Source of the DNA: Planctomycetia bacterium
Lineage (GTDB): Bacteria; Planctomycetota; Planctomycetia; Pirellulales; UBA1268
Reading direction: 5' to 3'
Assembly (NCBI GenBank): GCA_014192425.1
Contig: BJHK01000020.1
Coordinates: 1,068 to 65,067, forward strand
Length of the DNA: 64,000 nt
Part shown: positions 27,765 to 37,687 of the stretch, piece by piece
Layout of the letters: each line of letters starts with the position of its first letter
Numbering within the stretch: position 1 is the stretch's first letter
The notes under the pieces: generated by a model
What the model was told of the DNA's origin: nothing
Databases searched by the model: none
The model's input: the letters and a program-made list of their open reading frames with translations, nothing else
Made by a program: the position numbers and the translations under genes

Positions 27765-29131
27765 GCCGGATTCCGCCGGGTCCCCGCCCGGTCGCAGTCG
27801 GACCGCAGGCGCCGGTCGAGCGCGGCGATGAGCCGCTCCAGCCGGCGCCGATAGGAAAAGTGCTCGACCTCGAGGGCATGCCGCGGCGAGTCGAGGTAGC
27901 GGATCGCGGGCCGCGGCGCCGGCCGCCGGCGGGCGGCGTAGAGCCAGGCGGCGGCCCGCGGCGATCGGGCCGCTGCCACCGCCATCCGGGCCACGAGTCG
28001 GGCCTGCAGGTCGGTGAGTCCCCACTGGCCGCTGTCGGGCTGGATCAGGCCGACGACGGCGACGTCGTCCCGCGACTCGTGCAGCACGTTCATGAACAGC
28101 CGCGGCAGTTCTCCCGGCGCGTCTGCGCCCAGCAGTCGGGTGTCGATGAACGGAAACGTCGTCCGATAGCCGGTGGCGCAGATGACCACGTCGAAGGGAG
28201 CCCGGCTGCCATCGAGAAACTCCACCGCGTCGCCGGCGAAGCGGCGCACGTCGCCGGCCGGCACGATCGCTCCGGCGTCGATCCGGGCGAGGAGCTCGGA
28301 GTTGACGATCGGATGCGTCTCCCAGAGCTGGTGATCGGGCCGCGGCAGGCCGTGCCGCCAGGGGAGGCCGATCTCGCGGTCGATCGCCCGCAGGCTGACG
28401 AGCCGGCGCAGCCAGAGCGGCAGGCCAAGCGTAAGGAGCCGCTCGTTCCGCAGGTCGGCGGGCCGGCCGCGGATCTCGCGCGGCACGACGTGATAGCCGC
28501 GGCGCGTGGAATGCACGGTGCAGGCGGCATGCCGCGAGCACTCGACGGCGATGTCGCAGGCGGAGTTGCCGCCGCCGATCACGAGCACGCGCCGGCCGGC
28601 GATCGGCACCGGGCGGTCGGGTGACTTGTAGTCGGCGGCGTGGAGGAGCGTGCCGGTGAACGCGCCGGGAATCTCCGGCCGACGCGGCTCGTGGTTGTGG
28701 CCGCTGGCGATGACGAGGCCGGCGTAGTCGCGCGGCGGCCCGCCGGCGACGTGCACCCGCCAGCCGGCGCCGGCCCGCTCGATCGCTTCGACGATTGTGC
28801 CGGTGCGGACGTGGGCCATGAGGCCGAAGCGGTCGGCATACCCGCGCAGGTAGTCGAGGCACTGGCGCTGGTCGGGATAGGCGGGCCAGTCCCGCGGCAT
28901 CGGGTGGTCGACGTAGGCGGTGAGCGTCTTCGAGGAGATGAGCCGGGTCGAGGCGAAGACCCGGGACGTGGCCGCGCCGAACAGCCAGTTGCCGCCGATG
29001 CCCTCCTCGCGTTCCAGGCATTCGGCGTCGATGCCGGCCGCCCGCAGGTTCTTCAGGGCGGTGAGCCCGGACGGCCCGGCGCCGATCACGCACCAGCGGG
29101 GGGCCGAGTCGGCAGAGGGCGCGGCACGCAT
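27734..29131 (-). CDS. Flavin-containing monooxygenase (FAD/NADPH-dependent)
   Basis: ATG at 29131. CVIGAGPSGL (FAD GxGxxG), FMO motif FTGTLLHAADY, second dinucleotide fold VIGGGNSACDIA. 465 aa. The 776-aa track ORF is an upstream over-extension. Confidence 0.85.
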   Translation of the reverse strand: MRAAPSADSAPRWCVIGAGPSGLTALKNLRAAGIDAECLEREEGIGGNWLFGAATSRVFASTRLISSKTLTAYVDHPMPRDWPAYPDQRQCLDYLRGYADRFGLMAHVRTGTIVEAIERAGAGWRVHVAGGPPRDYAGLVIASGHNHEPRRPEIPGAFTGTLLHAADYKSPDRPVPIAGRRVLVIGGGNSACDIAVECSRHAACTVHSTRRGYHVVPREIRGRPADLRNERLLTLGLPLWLRRLVSLRAIDREIGLPWRHGLPRPDHQLWETHPIVNSELLARIDAGAIVPAGDVRRFAGDAVEFLDGSRAPFDVVICATGYRTTFPFIDTRLLGADAPGELPRLFMNVLHESRDDVAVVGLIQPDSGQWGLTDLQARLVARMAVAAARSPRAAAWLYAARRRPAPRPAIRYLDSPRHALEVEHFSYRRRLERLIAALDRRLRSDCDRAGTRRNPAQRGGNASGG

Positions 29132-29166
29132 GGGGGGACGGTTCGCGGGGAATCGTGGCAGCGGGA

Positions 29167-29991
29167 TCAGCGCAGCGGGCGGAAGCGGATGGCGCGGAAC
29201 TCGACCCACATCGGCTTCCCGGCGTGCAGCTGGAGGGCGAGCAGCCCGTCGCGCAGGGCGCGGTCGGGATCGGCGTCGGTGAAGTCGACCACCTGGACGC
29301 CGTTGAGAAAGTGCCGGATGCGGGTGCCTGCGGCGTGGATGACGACGTCGTTCCAGTCGTCGAGCCGGAAGAGTTTGTCGAAGGCGGCCTGGTCGGGTCC
29401 TGTCGCGGTGACGGTCGGTTTGCCGGTCGCGTGCCAGACCACCGTCTCGCCGACGCCGGTCAGCCGGCCCCGCGTGCCCCCCTCGTCGTAGATGAACCCG
29501 GCGACGTTGGGAAACCGGAGTTCGTTGCGCAACTCGTGCTGGTAGCCGCGGACGACCCAGGGATTGGGCGGGTTGCCCTCGGTGACGTGCCGAGAGCGGT
29601 ACTGGATGCCGGAGTTGTTGCTGGCAGAGCAGCGGAAGGAGAGCCGGAGCTCGAAGTCCCCTGGTGTGCCCCCCTTCCAGATCAGGAAGGTGTTTCCCTT
29701 GCAGGGCACGGCGTCGGTCGTCTCGCCACGGATCGCGCCGTCGCGAACCGACCAGAGCCGGGGATCGCCGTCCCAGCCCTCGAGATCGCGGCCGTTGAAG
29801 ATCGGCCGCAGGTCGGGCGACTCGGCCGGGGCCGGGATCGGCTGCCGGGCGCGAAGCGGGGCCGGGATCGGCTGCCGGGCGCGAAGCGGGGCCGGGAGCA
29901 GCGTCGTGAGGACGACGACGATGAGGCCGGCGAGGAGCGTGGGTGACGACTGCACGGCGAGTGGCTCCGAGGTGGAGGGGGAAGCGACCAA
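29167..29991 (-). CDS. DUF1080 (3-keto-disaccharide hydrolase-like) domain protein, secreted
   Basis: FNGRDLEGWDGDPRLWSVRDGAIRG...GDFELRLSFR..NSGIQYR...LQLHAG..VEFRAIRF. Hydrophobic signal LLAGLIVVVLTTLL. Start uncertain (TTG 29991 or GTG 29955). Confidence 0.85.
   Translation of the reverse strand: MVASPSTSEPLAVQSSPTLLAGLIVVVLTTLLPAPLRARQPIPAPLRARQPIPAPAESPDLRPIFNGRDLEGWDGDPRLWSVRDGAIRGETTDAVPCKGNTFLIWKGGTPGDFELRLSFRCSASNNSGIQYRSRHVTEGNPPNPWVVRGYQHELRNELRFPNVAGFIYDEGGTRGRLTGVGETVVWHATGKPTVTATGPDQAAFDKLFRLDDWNDVVIHAAGTRIRHFLNGVQVVDFTDADPDRALRDGLLALQLHAGKPMWVEFRAIRFRPLR
29828..29897. repeat. 30-nt in-frame tandem duplication (2.3 copies) inside the DUF1080 gene linker
   Basis: GGGGCCGGGATCGGCTGCCGGGCGCGAAGC occurs twice and then a third time for its first 10 nt. 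It encodes APLRARQPIP twice. Confidence 0.9.
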
Positions 29992-30005
29992 ACCTCCAGA
30001 TCATA

Positions 30006-31316
30006 TCACGACTGCTTGTCCTCCGATCCGTGCGCTGCTCTCTGATACGCGGCGTTGCGGGCACGTGAGGGAGGGGCCTCGCACGCGTCGGCGTGACGGG
30101 CGAGGGTCGCCGCCAGTCGCTCGAGATCCTCGTCCGTGTGGTGCCAGCAGACGCTGGCCCTGACGAGGCTCATTCCCTGCGGCACGCTCGGCGGTCGGAT
30201 CGCGGGCACGAAAAAACCCTCGGCCGCGAGGGCCGCCGCGGCCGCGACCGCGGCGTCCGCCGCGCCGAGGATCACGGGCACGATCTGCGCCTCCGCCACG
30301 CCGGTGTCGAGCCCGGCCGCGGCGAGCCGCTCACGGAACAGCGCGGCCCGCGTGGCGAGCGTGCGGCGGCGATCGGGCTCGGCGCCGACCAGCGCGATCC
30401 CCCGGGCCGCCGCGGCTGCGACCGCCGGCGGATGGGCCGTCGAGAAGATCCAGGCCCGGGCCGTGTGCCTGAGCCAGTGGACGAGGTCGGGGTGGCCGGC
30501 CACGAAGCCACCCGCCGCGCCGATCGCCTTGGAGAGCGTGCCGATGCGGACGTGGACGCCGTCGGCGCAGCCCGTCGCTTCGACGAGGCCGCTGCCGCGA
30601 TCGCCGAACAGGCCCGTCGCATGCGCCTCGTCCACGACGAGGATCGCCCCGTGACGGCGGGCGAGGTCGCAGAGGTCGGCGAGCGGCGCCCGCGACCCGT
30701 CCATGGAAAACAGCGTGTCGCTGACGACGATCCGGCGCCGCGGGCCGGCCGCGCCGGCGAGCAGTCGGTCGAGGGCCGCCATGTCACGGTGCGGGTAGAT
30801 GCCGATCTCGGCCCGGGAGAGCCGGCAGCCGTCGATGATGCTCGCATGATTGCGGGCGTCGCTGGCGATGAAGTCGCCGGGGCCGGCGACCGCGGCAAGC
30901 GTGGCGGCGTTGGCGGCGAAGCCACTGGGAAAGACGAGGGCGGCACCGACGTCGAGAAGCGCGGTGATGGACCGTTCCAGGGTTTCGTGGGCCCGGGAGT
31001 GGCCGCTGACGAGCGGGCTGGCGCCGGCGCCGAAGCCCTCGGCGCAGGAGGCCTTGGATGCCGCCTTCGTGAGCCGCACGTCGCCGGCGTAGCCGAGGTA
31101 GTCGTTCGAGCCGAAGTTGAGGAGCGTGCGGCCGTCGAGCGCGACGGTGCGTCCCTGTCGTCCGCTGCGAACCCGCTGCGGCCGCTCCAGGCCGGCCTCC
31201 CGGAGGGCGTCGATCTCGCCGGCGATCCAGCCGAGGGCATCGGGCAGCGGCCCCGCTGCCGGCGCGGCGGCAGCGCCAGCATCGTCGTGACGACAGGTTG
31301 GTCCGGCCTCGGGCAT
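30006..31316 (-). CDS. bioF: 8-amino-7-oxononanoate synthase (alpha-oxoamine synthase family)
   Basis: LLNFGSNDYLGYAGD, SGHSRAHETLE, FSMDGSRAPL, GTLSKAIGAAGGFVAG (PLP lysine). Confidence 0.85.
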   Translation of the reverse strand: MPEAGPTCRHDDAGAAAAPAAGPLPDALGWIAGEIDALREAGLERPQRVRSGRQGRTVALDGRTLLNFGSNDYLGYAGDVRLTKAASKASCAEGFGAGASPLVSGHSRAHETLERSITALLDVGAALVFPSGFAANAATLAAVAGPGDFIASDARNHASIIDGCRLSRAEIGIYPHRDMAALDRLLAGAAGPRRRIVVSDTLFSMDGSRAPLADLCDLARRHGAILVVDEAHATGLFGDRGSGLVEATGCADGVHVRIGTLSKAIGAAGGFVAGHPDLVHWLRHTARAWIFSTAHPPAVAAAAARGIALVGAEPDRRRTLATRAALFRERLAAAGLDTGVAEAQIVPVILGAADAAVAAAAALAAEGFFVPAIRPPSVPQGMSLVRASVCWHHTDEDLERLAATLARHADACEAPPSRARNAAYQRAAHGSEDKQS

Positions 31317-31319
31317 CGA

Positions 31320-31787
31320 TCAGCCCTTCCGGGCGGCGCGCCGCTGGATGGCGCGGAACTCGGCCGCCGTGACGGGCTGCACGGAGAGCCGGCTGCCGCG
31401 CCGGAGGAGTTCCATGCCGGCGAGTGCGGGCACGCCGCGGAGTTCGTCGAGGGGCAGCGGCCGGGGAAACGTTTCCACGAGCTTCACGTCGACCATCGAC
31501 CAGACGGGGTTGTCGGGACGCGCCTTGGGGTCGTGATAGTCGCTCGTCGGATCCCAGGCGCTTGAATCGGGATAGGCCTCGCGAACGACGGTGACGATGC
31601 CGACCGCGGCGGGGGGTGAGGCGTTGGAGTGGTAGAAGATCGCCAGGTCCCCCTGCTTCATCGCGCGGAGCAGGTTGCGGGCCTGGTAGTTGCGGACACC
31701 CTCCCAGCCGGTCGTCCGGCCGCGGGCCCGGGCCAGGTCGTGGATCGAAAAGACGTCGGGTTCGCTCTTGAGCAACCAGTGGTTCAT
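31320..31787 (-). CDS. EVE (PUA-like, DUF55) domain protein
   Basis: MNHWLLKSEPDVFSIHDL....WEGVRNYQARNLLRAMKQGDLAIFYHSN is the canonical EVE N-terminus. 155 aa. Its stop is 3 nt before the bioF ATG. Confidence 0.85.
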   Translation of the reverse strand: MNHWLLKSEPDVFSIHDLARARGRTTGWEGVRNYQARNLLRAMKQGDLAIFYHSNASPPAAVGIVTVVREAYPDSSAWDPTSDYHDPKARPDNPVWSMVDVKLVETFPRPLPLDELRGVPALAGMELLRRGSRLSVQPVTAAEFRAIQRRAARKG

Positions 31788-31864
31788 GAGGGCGGTCGCG
31801 CTGGCTCGGCGGGGAAGAATCGCATACCATCGAAGATGTCAGGCATGATACCGAGGGTCGGGCA

Positions 31865-33757
31865 ATGACCAGTCCAGCAGGCGGCGGGGCGGCGCGGGCC
31901 GCCGTGCGGTCGATTCTCCCGCTGCTCGTGGTCGCAGGCCTCGCCGCCGAGGCGGCCGGCCAGGTGACGATCCGCGAGCAGATTCAGGCCGCCGGTGTCG
32001 TCGAGGCCGTCGCCAGCGGCCGCCTGACCGTGCGGACAGACGGCGGGCAAACCCTCGACGTCCGCCTGCAGCGGAAGGACGAGCAGGGCGTGCAGCTTGC
32101 GGACGGCCGGCTGCTCGGGATGACGACCGAGGTTCGCGTCGGCGGCGGGTTCGACATTCCGCGGCTCAAGCCCGGCCAGGTGCTGCGGTTCGAGGCGCTG
32201 ATAAGCGGCCAGGGGAAGACCGACGGCGAGGTGACGGCGCTGACGCTCGTCGACGCCTCCGCTGCCGCCCTGGGGATCATGCCGGCGGCCAGTCCGGCGT
32301 CGGCGGCGGAGTTCGCCCCCTGCACGGTCGTGGCGCCGGTCAAGCAGGCCGGGAAGGGGCGGCTGGTCGTGCAGGTGCCGGAGGACCGGGCCTACGCGAG
32401 GAAGATGACGTTCGCCTTCAAGGTTGCCGAGGCGGCGACGGCCCGACTGGAGAGCACCGACCCGAAGCGGATCGAGCCGGGCGCCCGGGTGGTGAGCCTG
32501 GAGGCCGTGCGACTCGACACCGGCGATGTCGTGGCCCGGAAACTCGTCGTCGAGACCGTGGCCGGCGGGGGAGTGCGCGAGCGGCCCGAGGAAAAACTCG
32601 AGAACAAGTACCGCGGCCTGTCGGACGAGCCGCAGCGGGAGCCGCGGGTCATCCGCTCCGCGCACTTCGCCTTCCTCTCCGATGTCTCCGAACGCGAGGC
32701 GAAGATCATCCTCGACAAGTTGGAGCGCATGGCGGGGCTCCTCGAGCGATACTTCGGCCGCAAGCCGGAGGGGATCGTGGAGGGATTCATCGTCCACGAC
32801 CTGGCCGTCTTCCCCGCCGGCGCGCTCCCCGACCCGGGCGGCGTGGCAAAGATCCGCGAACGGGCCGGCGTCTGCTTCAACGTGCGGCTCGGCAACCAGC
32901 GCCGCGCGACGCTCTACTCGTGCGCCGACCATGGCGTGATCCAGCACGAGTGCGCCCACGGGTTCTGCCACATGACGTTCGGGTCGACGGGACCGACGTG
33001 GCTCGCCGAGGGGGTGGCGGAGATGGCCAACTACTGGAAGGACGGGGAGCAGGCCGTCGACGTCAATCCGGCGGTCATGGCCTACCTGCAGCGGGCCAGC
33101 CCGAAACGCGGGCTGTTGGAGATCGCCCAGCCCGGCCGGACGCCCGCCGGCACGTGGCAGGACTACGCCTGGCGCTGGGCGCTGTGCCACCTGCTCTCGA
33201 GCAATCCCAACTACGACGACCGCTTCAAGCCGCTGGCGATCGCGCTGATGGAGGAGCGGCCCGGCGTGTCGTTCGAATCGGTCTACGGCCCGGTCGCCCG
33301 GGAGGTGTCGTTCGAGTACGACCAGTTCCTCGCGTCCGTCGGCAACGGGTATCGCGCCGATCTGGCCGCCTGGCCGTGGAAGGCGCGGTTCCGGCCGCTC
33401 AAGGACGGCGCCGGCCGCGTGACCGCGTCGATCAAGGCCCGGGGGGGCTGGCAGGCGAGCGGCCTGCGGGTGGAACGGGGGGCGACGTACGAGGCGGCCG
33501 CGACGGGCACGTGGCGGATGGCCGCCGCCGGTGAGCCGGTCTCGGCCGAAGGGGGCGCCGGCGGCCGCGGCCGGCTCATGGGCGTCGTGTTCCGGGACGC
33601 GGAGTACGCCCTCGAGACGTTGTTTCCGCTCGGATCAGAGACGCGGTTTCAGGCCACGGCCGACGGCCAGTTGTTCCTGCGCTGCGCCGACGACTGGACG
33701 GGCCTCGCCGACAACGACGGCGCACTCGACGTCACGCTGCGGCGGATCGCGGACTGA
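31865..33757 (+). CDS. Secreted putative zinc metallopeptidase (DUF1570-like, HExxH) with a C-terminal beta-rich domain
   Basis: Signal peptide ILPLLVVAGLAAEAAGQ. HECAH motif in VIQHECAHGFCHMTFG..WLAEGVAEMANYW. 630 aa. Confidence 0.7.
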   Translation: MTSPAGGGAARAAVRSILPLLVVAGLAAEAAGQVTIREQIQAAGVVEAVASGRLTVRTDGGQTLDVRLQRKDEQGVQLADGRLLGMTTEVRVGGGFDIPRLKPGQVLRFEALISGQGKTDGEVTALTLVDASAAALGIMPAASPASAAEFAPCTVVAPVKQAGKGRLVVQVPEDRAYARKMTFAFKVAEAATARLESTDPKRIEPGARVVSLEAVRLDTGDVVARKLVVETVAGGGVRERPEEKLENKYRGLSDEPQREPRVIRSAHFAFLSDVSEREAKIILDKLERMAGLLERYFGRKPEGIVEGFIVHDLAVFPAGALPDPGGVAKIRERAGVCFNVRLGNQRRATLYSCADHGVIQHECAHGFCHMTFGSTGPTWLAEGVAEMANYWKDGEQAVDVNPAVMAYLQRASPKRGLLEIAQPGRTPAGTWQDYAWRWALCHLLSSNPNYDDRFKPLAIALMEERPGVSFESVYGPVAREVSFEYDQFLASVGNGYRADLAAWPWKARFRPLKDGAGRVTASIKARGGWQASGLRVERGATYEAAATGTWRMAAAGEPVSAEGGAGGRGRLMGVVFRDAEYALETLFPLGSETRFQATADGQLFLRCADDWTGLADNDGALDVTLRRIAD

Positions 33758-34360
33758 CGACAGCTCAACGAGGGGAGCGGCAGCAGGCGCTGCGCGGTGT
33801 CACCGCAGCGGGGAACGGCAGGCTTCCCTGTCCCGCCTTGGCGCGGCCGCCCGGGAAACGTGGCGGTGAAAGCGATCATGGGCGGACCGGGGCGATCCCT
33901 TGGCAGGGCAACCCTGACGATGGAAACTGGTTCCATTCAATGGGGGCAGGTCACTTCCCACCAGCAGTCCATCGAATAAGCTCATCGATCGTATCATCGA
34001 TCCGCCGACCCAACGCCGCCACTATCGCATCGCATAGAACCCCACCAATCGTCACGGTACGACTACGGATCACACGTGATCGTCAGGCGTGGCCGAGGTT
34101 TGTTCCTTGCATCCGGTTACGGGAGCGGATACGATGAACGCATGCTCTTCGTGGAGGGAATGCAGCGGCCCGTGTTTCGGAAGAAAGCCCGAAACACGTC
34201 CGGACTGTGATCCGCTGGATCGAACGCTGATCCATGGTGCGTCGTGACCCGTCGGTCGCGATGAAGTGCTGCCGGCCCCGCTGGTCGGCGTGTCTTCGAA
34301 CCGCATGGCTGGTGCAGGCCCAGGGTCTGCCCTGCAGCCATCCCACCGGGGAGGTGATCG

Positions 34361-35587
34361 ATGCCGACATTCGTACGGCCGCTGTTCGTCTCGACCTATC
34401 CGCCGGAGGCGTGCGGCCTGGCGACCTTCACCAAGGACACCGCCGACGCGGTCGATCGGGCCGCCGGGCGGCCGGTCTCCGCGGTGGCCGCGATCGAGAA
34501 AATCGCCGTGATTCCGCCGAGCGACCCGCGGGTGGTCCACGTCATCGACAACGGGCGGGCCGACGCCTATCGCGTGGCCGCCGAGATGGCGAACGAGGGG
34601 CCCTGCGACGTGGTCAGCCTCCAGCATGAGTTTGGCCTCTATCCGGGGGAGTGGGGCAGCCGGATCCTCGACTTCGTCGCCCGCTGCTCGAAGCCGATCG
34701 TGACCACGCTCCACACGCTGATGCCCCAGCCCGACCCGCTGCCGCGGATGCTCATCAGGCAGTTGGCGGCGCACAGCCGCCGCGTGGTGGTGATGACGCG
34801 CATCGCAGCCCGGCTGCTCCGCGACGACTACGGCGTGGCGCCGAGCCGGGTGCGGATCATCCCCCACGGCGTGCCGCCGGTGCCGTTCGACCGCGACGAG
34901 TCGCGCAAGGCGGCGCTCGGGCTGGCCGGCCGCCGCCTGCTCTGCACGTTCGGCCTGATCAACCGTGGCAAGGGTCTCGAACACATGATTCGTGGCATGC
35001 CGGCGGTGGTCGCAGCCTGTCCGGCCGCCTTGTATCTGATCGTGGGCGCCACCCATCCGCAGGTGAAGCTCCGCGAAGGCGAGGTCTATCGCGAGGGGCT
35101 GGCGGAGTTGGCACGATCCCTGGGCGTCGGGGAGCACGTGCGATTCGTCAACGAGTACCTGAGCCTGCCCGACCTGCTCGCACACCTCCAGGCCTGCGAC
35201 GTGTTCGTCACGCCCTATCCGGGCAAGGACCAGATCGCCAGCGGCACGATGGCCTACGCCATGGCCGTGGTGGGAGCCGTGATCAGCACGCCCTATCTCT
35301 ATGCCCGCGAGATGCTGGCCGGCGGTCGGGGCGTGTTGGTGCCTTTCTCCGACAGTGAGAGCCTGGCCCGGGCCGCCGCCCTGCTGCTCACCGACGACCG
35401 TCTCCGGGAACAGACCCGCCGGAGAGCCTACCGCCATGTCCGGCCGATGTTCTGGCCCAACGTGGGCCGCAGCTACCACACCCTCTTCCGACAGGTCGCC
35501 GCAGCGGACCGCCGACAGCGTCCGCAACCCCCGTGGGCCGCAGCCGGTTGCTCCCGCCCCGCCGCGCTCCAGGAAGGCACCCGATGA
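34361..35587 (+). CDS. Glycosyltransferase family 4 (GT-B, group 1)
   Basis: ATG preceded by [28 protein letters not shown]-terminus. C-terminal ..[24 protein letters not shown].. matches the GT4 EX7E region. Confidence 0.85.
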   Translation: MPTFVRPLFVSTYPPEACGLATFTKDTADAVDRAAGRPVSAVAAIEKIAVIPPSDPRVVHVIDNGRADAYRVAAEMANEGPCDVVSLQHEFGLYPGEWGSRILDFVARCSKPIVTTLHTLMPQPDPLPRMLIRQLAAHSRRVVVMTRIAARLLRDDYGVAPSRVRIIPHGVPPVPFDRDESRKAALGLAGRRLLCTFGLINRGKGLEHMIRGMPAVVAACPAALYLIVGATHPQVKLREGEVYREGLAELARSLGVGEHVRFVNEYLSLPDLLAHLQACDVFVTPYPGKDQIASGTMAYAMAVVGAVISTPYLYAREMLAGGRGVLVPFSDSESLARAAALLLTDDRLREQTRRRAYRHVRPMFWPNVGRSYHTLFRQVAAADRRQRPQPPWAAAGCSRPAALQEGTR

Positions 35588-36744
35588 GCCACGCCGCCGA
35601 CATGCCGCTTGCCCACCTCGATCGCATGACCGATTCGACCGGGCTCATCCAGCACGCGATCTACGGCATTCCGCGCCGCGAGAGCGGCTACACGACCGAC
35701 GACAACGCCCGTGCCCTGCGGCTCTGCACCCGGCTGTGGGGCCGGCAGCCCGACGACCGCATGCTGGCTCGAATCACCTGCTACCTGAGTTTCCTGGAAC
35801 ACGCCCGCTGCCCGGTGAAGGGCTTCCACAACTTTCTCGGCTACCAACGGGATTGGCTCGACGCGACCGGCACCGGCGATTGCCAGGGGCAGGCGGTGCT
35901 CGCGCTGGCCGAGGTGCTCGGCAGCCGGCTGCCCGAGAGTTTCCGCGCAGTGGCCGGGGAACTGATCAAGACGGTCCTGCCGACGCTGGCCGAACTCCGC
36001 AGCCTGCGGGCCCAGGCCTACCTGATCATGGCCTGGTCGCATCTCTGGAAGGCCGACGTCCCGCTGGCCGGCGGTCTCGAGGTCGTCGCCAAGCATGCTG
36101 CGCTGCGGCTCACCGACGCCCACGAGCGGTCGCACCGGCCGGAATGGCAGTGGTTCGAGTCGCGAATGACATATGCCAACGCCGTGCTGCCGCACAGCCT
36201 GTTTGCGGCGGCTGAACGCTGGCCGGACGGCCCCTTCATGACGGTCGCCGAGCAGACGTTCGGCTTCCTGGTCCGCGAGACGACGACCAACGGCCTGTTC
36301 TGGCCGGTGGGCAACCGCGACTGGTACGCGCGGGGCGAGTCCAAGTCGCCCTACGATCAGCAGCCGGTGGAGGCCTCGACGATGGCCGAGGCGGCGCTCG
36401 CCGCAGGCACGGTTCGCGCGGAGGCCGGCCATCGGGCCACGTTCCTCAGGGCGCACGCCTGGTTCGAGGGTCGCAACAGCCTGGGGCTGGCGCTCTTCGA
36501 TCCGCTCACCGGCGGCTGCTGCGACGGCCTGCAGCCCGACGGCCTGAACCGCAATCAGGGCGCCGAATCGACGCTCGCGGCGCTCTGGACCCGCTGGCTG
36601 GGCATCACGACCCGGAAGGTGTACTGCGCCGACGATGAGATCGCCCTCGGCCCCCGTCCCCTGTCCTCTCCGCCCCAGGAACACCCGGCCCATGACGCCC
36701 CGCGAGAAGCCGCAGCACTATCCCGAACTCTTTCAACGCCATGA
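35584..36744 (+). CDS. Conserved hypothetical protein (possibly alpha/alpha-barrel-like), partner of the GT4/GH130 genes
   Basis: ATGA overlap with the GT4 stop. 386-aa ORF. N-terminus [37 protein letters not shown] do not recognise a named family. Confidence 0.7.
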   Translation: MSHAADMPLAHLDRMTDSTGLIQHAIYGIPRRESGYTTDDNARALRLCTRLWGRQPDDRMLARITCYLSFLEHARCPVKGFHNFLGYQRDWLDATGTGDCQGQAVLALAEVLGSRLPESFRAVAGELIKTVLPTLAELRSLRAQAYLIMAWSHLWKADVPLAGGLEVVAKHAALRLTDAHERSHRPEWQWFESRMTYANAVLPHSLFAAAERWPDGPFMTVAEQTFGFLVRETTTNGLFWPVGNRDWYARGESKSPYDQQPVEASTMAEAALAAGTVRAEAGHRATFLRAHAWFEGRNSLGLALFDPLTGGCCDGLQPDGLNRNQGAESTLAALWTRWLGITTRKVYCADDEIALGPRPLSSPPQEHPAHDAPREAAALSRTLSTP

Positions 36745-37687
36745 GCGGAATCCGATCCTCACGGCCAACGACTGGCCGTATCCGGTCCACACCGTCTTCA
36801 ACGCCGGCGCCTGTCAGATCGACGGCACCACGCTGCTCCTGGTGAGGGCGGAGGATCGCCGCGGCCATTCCCATCTCAGCGTGGCCCGCAGTGCCGATGG
36901 GGTTGCCGGCTGGCGGATCGACCCCCGGCCCTCCTTCGCGGCCGATCCGCTGAACTACGCCGAAGAGGCCTGGGGGGTGGAGGACGCCCGCGTCACCTGG
37001 GTCGAGGATCGGCAGGAGTGGATCATCGCCTACACCGCCTTCTCGGCGATCGGGCCGCTCGTCTCGTTGGCCTCCACGGCAGACTTCACGTCGTTCACCC
37101 GCCTCGGACCCGTGATGCCCCCGGAGGACAAGGACGCCGCGATTTTCCCCCGGCGGTTCGGTGGTCGCTATGCGATGATTCATCGCCCCGTGTCGGCGGG
37201 CAGTTCCGGGGCCCACATCTGGCTTTCCTTCTCGCCCGACCTGCGGCACTGGGGCGATCACCACGTGCTCTTGCATGCCCGCCGCGGACCGTGGTGGGAC
37301 GCCAACAAGATCGGCCTCAGCCCCACGCCTCTGGAGACGCCGGAGGGCTGGCTGCTGCTGTACCACGGCGTGCGGCACACTCCCGGCGGCTGTCTCTACC
37401 GGCTGGGCCTGGCGCTGCTCGACCTCGAGCAGCCGTGGCGCGTGCTGCGGCGCAGCGACGACTGGATCTTCGCGCCGGAGATGCCCTACGAGCGGCAGGG
37501 AGACGTCAACGGCGTGGTCTTCCCGTGCGGCTGGATCCTCGACGAGGCCAGCGGCATGATCCGGATGTATTACGGCGGCGCCGACTCCTGCCTGGCCCTG
37601 GCCACGGCGCGGCTGACCGACGTGCTCGACTACGTCCGCACCTGCCCGGCCCCGCCGCCGCGGGAGCGTCCCGGGATGGCACACTGA
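36692..37687 (+). CDS. GH130-family glycoside phosphorylase/hydrolase (DUF377-type beta-propeller)
   Basis: [16 protein letters not shown]....VFNAGA, GVEDARVTW, IAYTAFS, DKDAAIFPRR, LLYHGV, VVFPCGW, MYYGGADS. Confidence 0.85.
   Translation: MTPREKPQHYPELFQRHERNPILTANDWPYPVHTVFNAGACQIDGTTLLLVRAEDRRGHSHLSVARSADGVAGWRIDPRPSFAADPLNYAEEAWGVEDARVTWVEDRQEWIIAYTAFSAIGPLVSLASTADFTSFTRLGPVMPPEDKDAAIFPRRFGGRYAMIHRPVSAGSSGAHIWLSFSPDLRHWGDHHVLLHARRGPWWDANKIGLSPTPLETPEGWLLLYHGVRHTPGGCLYRLGLALLDLEQPWRVLRRSDDWIFAPEMPYERQGDVNGVVFPCGWILDEASGMIRMYYGGADSCLALATARLTDVLDYVRTCPAPPPRERPGMAH

Noticed and set aside
29155-30064. Upstream 311 codons of the 776-aa track ORF, and the 263-aa plus-strand ORF over the DUF1080 gene
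   Set aside because: The FMO motifs begin only after the ATG at 29131. The upstream part is an Arg/Pro-rich read-through of the DUF1080 gene in another frame.
33758-34360. Known housekeeping ncRNA (SRP RNA, RNase P, tmRNA, 6S) in the long spacer
   Set aside because: I could not find the conserved cores on either strand, for example GGAAAGTCCGGGC for RNase P or the SRP domain IV GGAAG/AGCAG symmetric loop.
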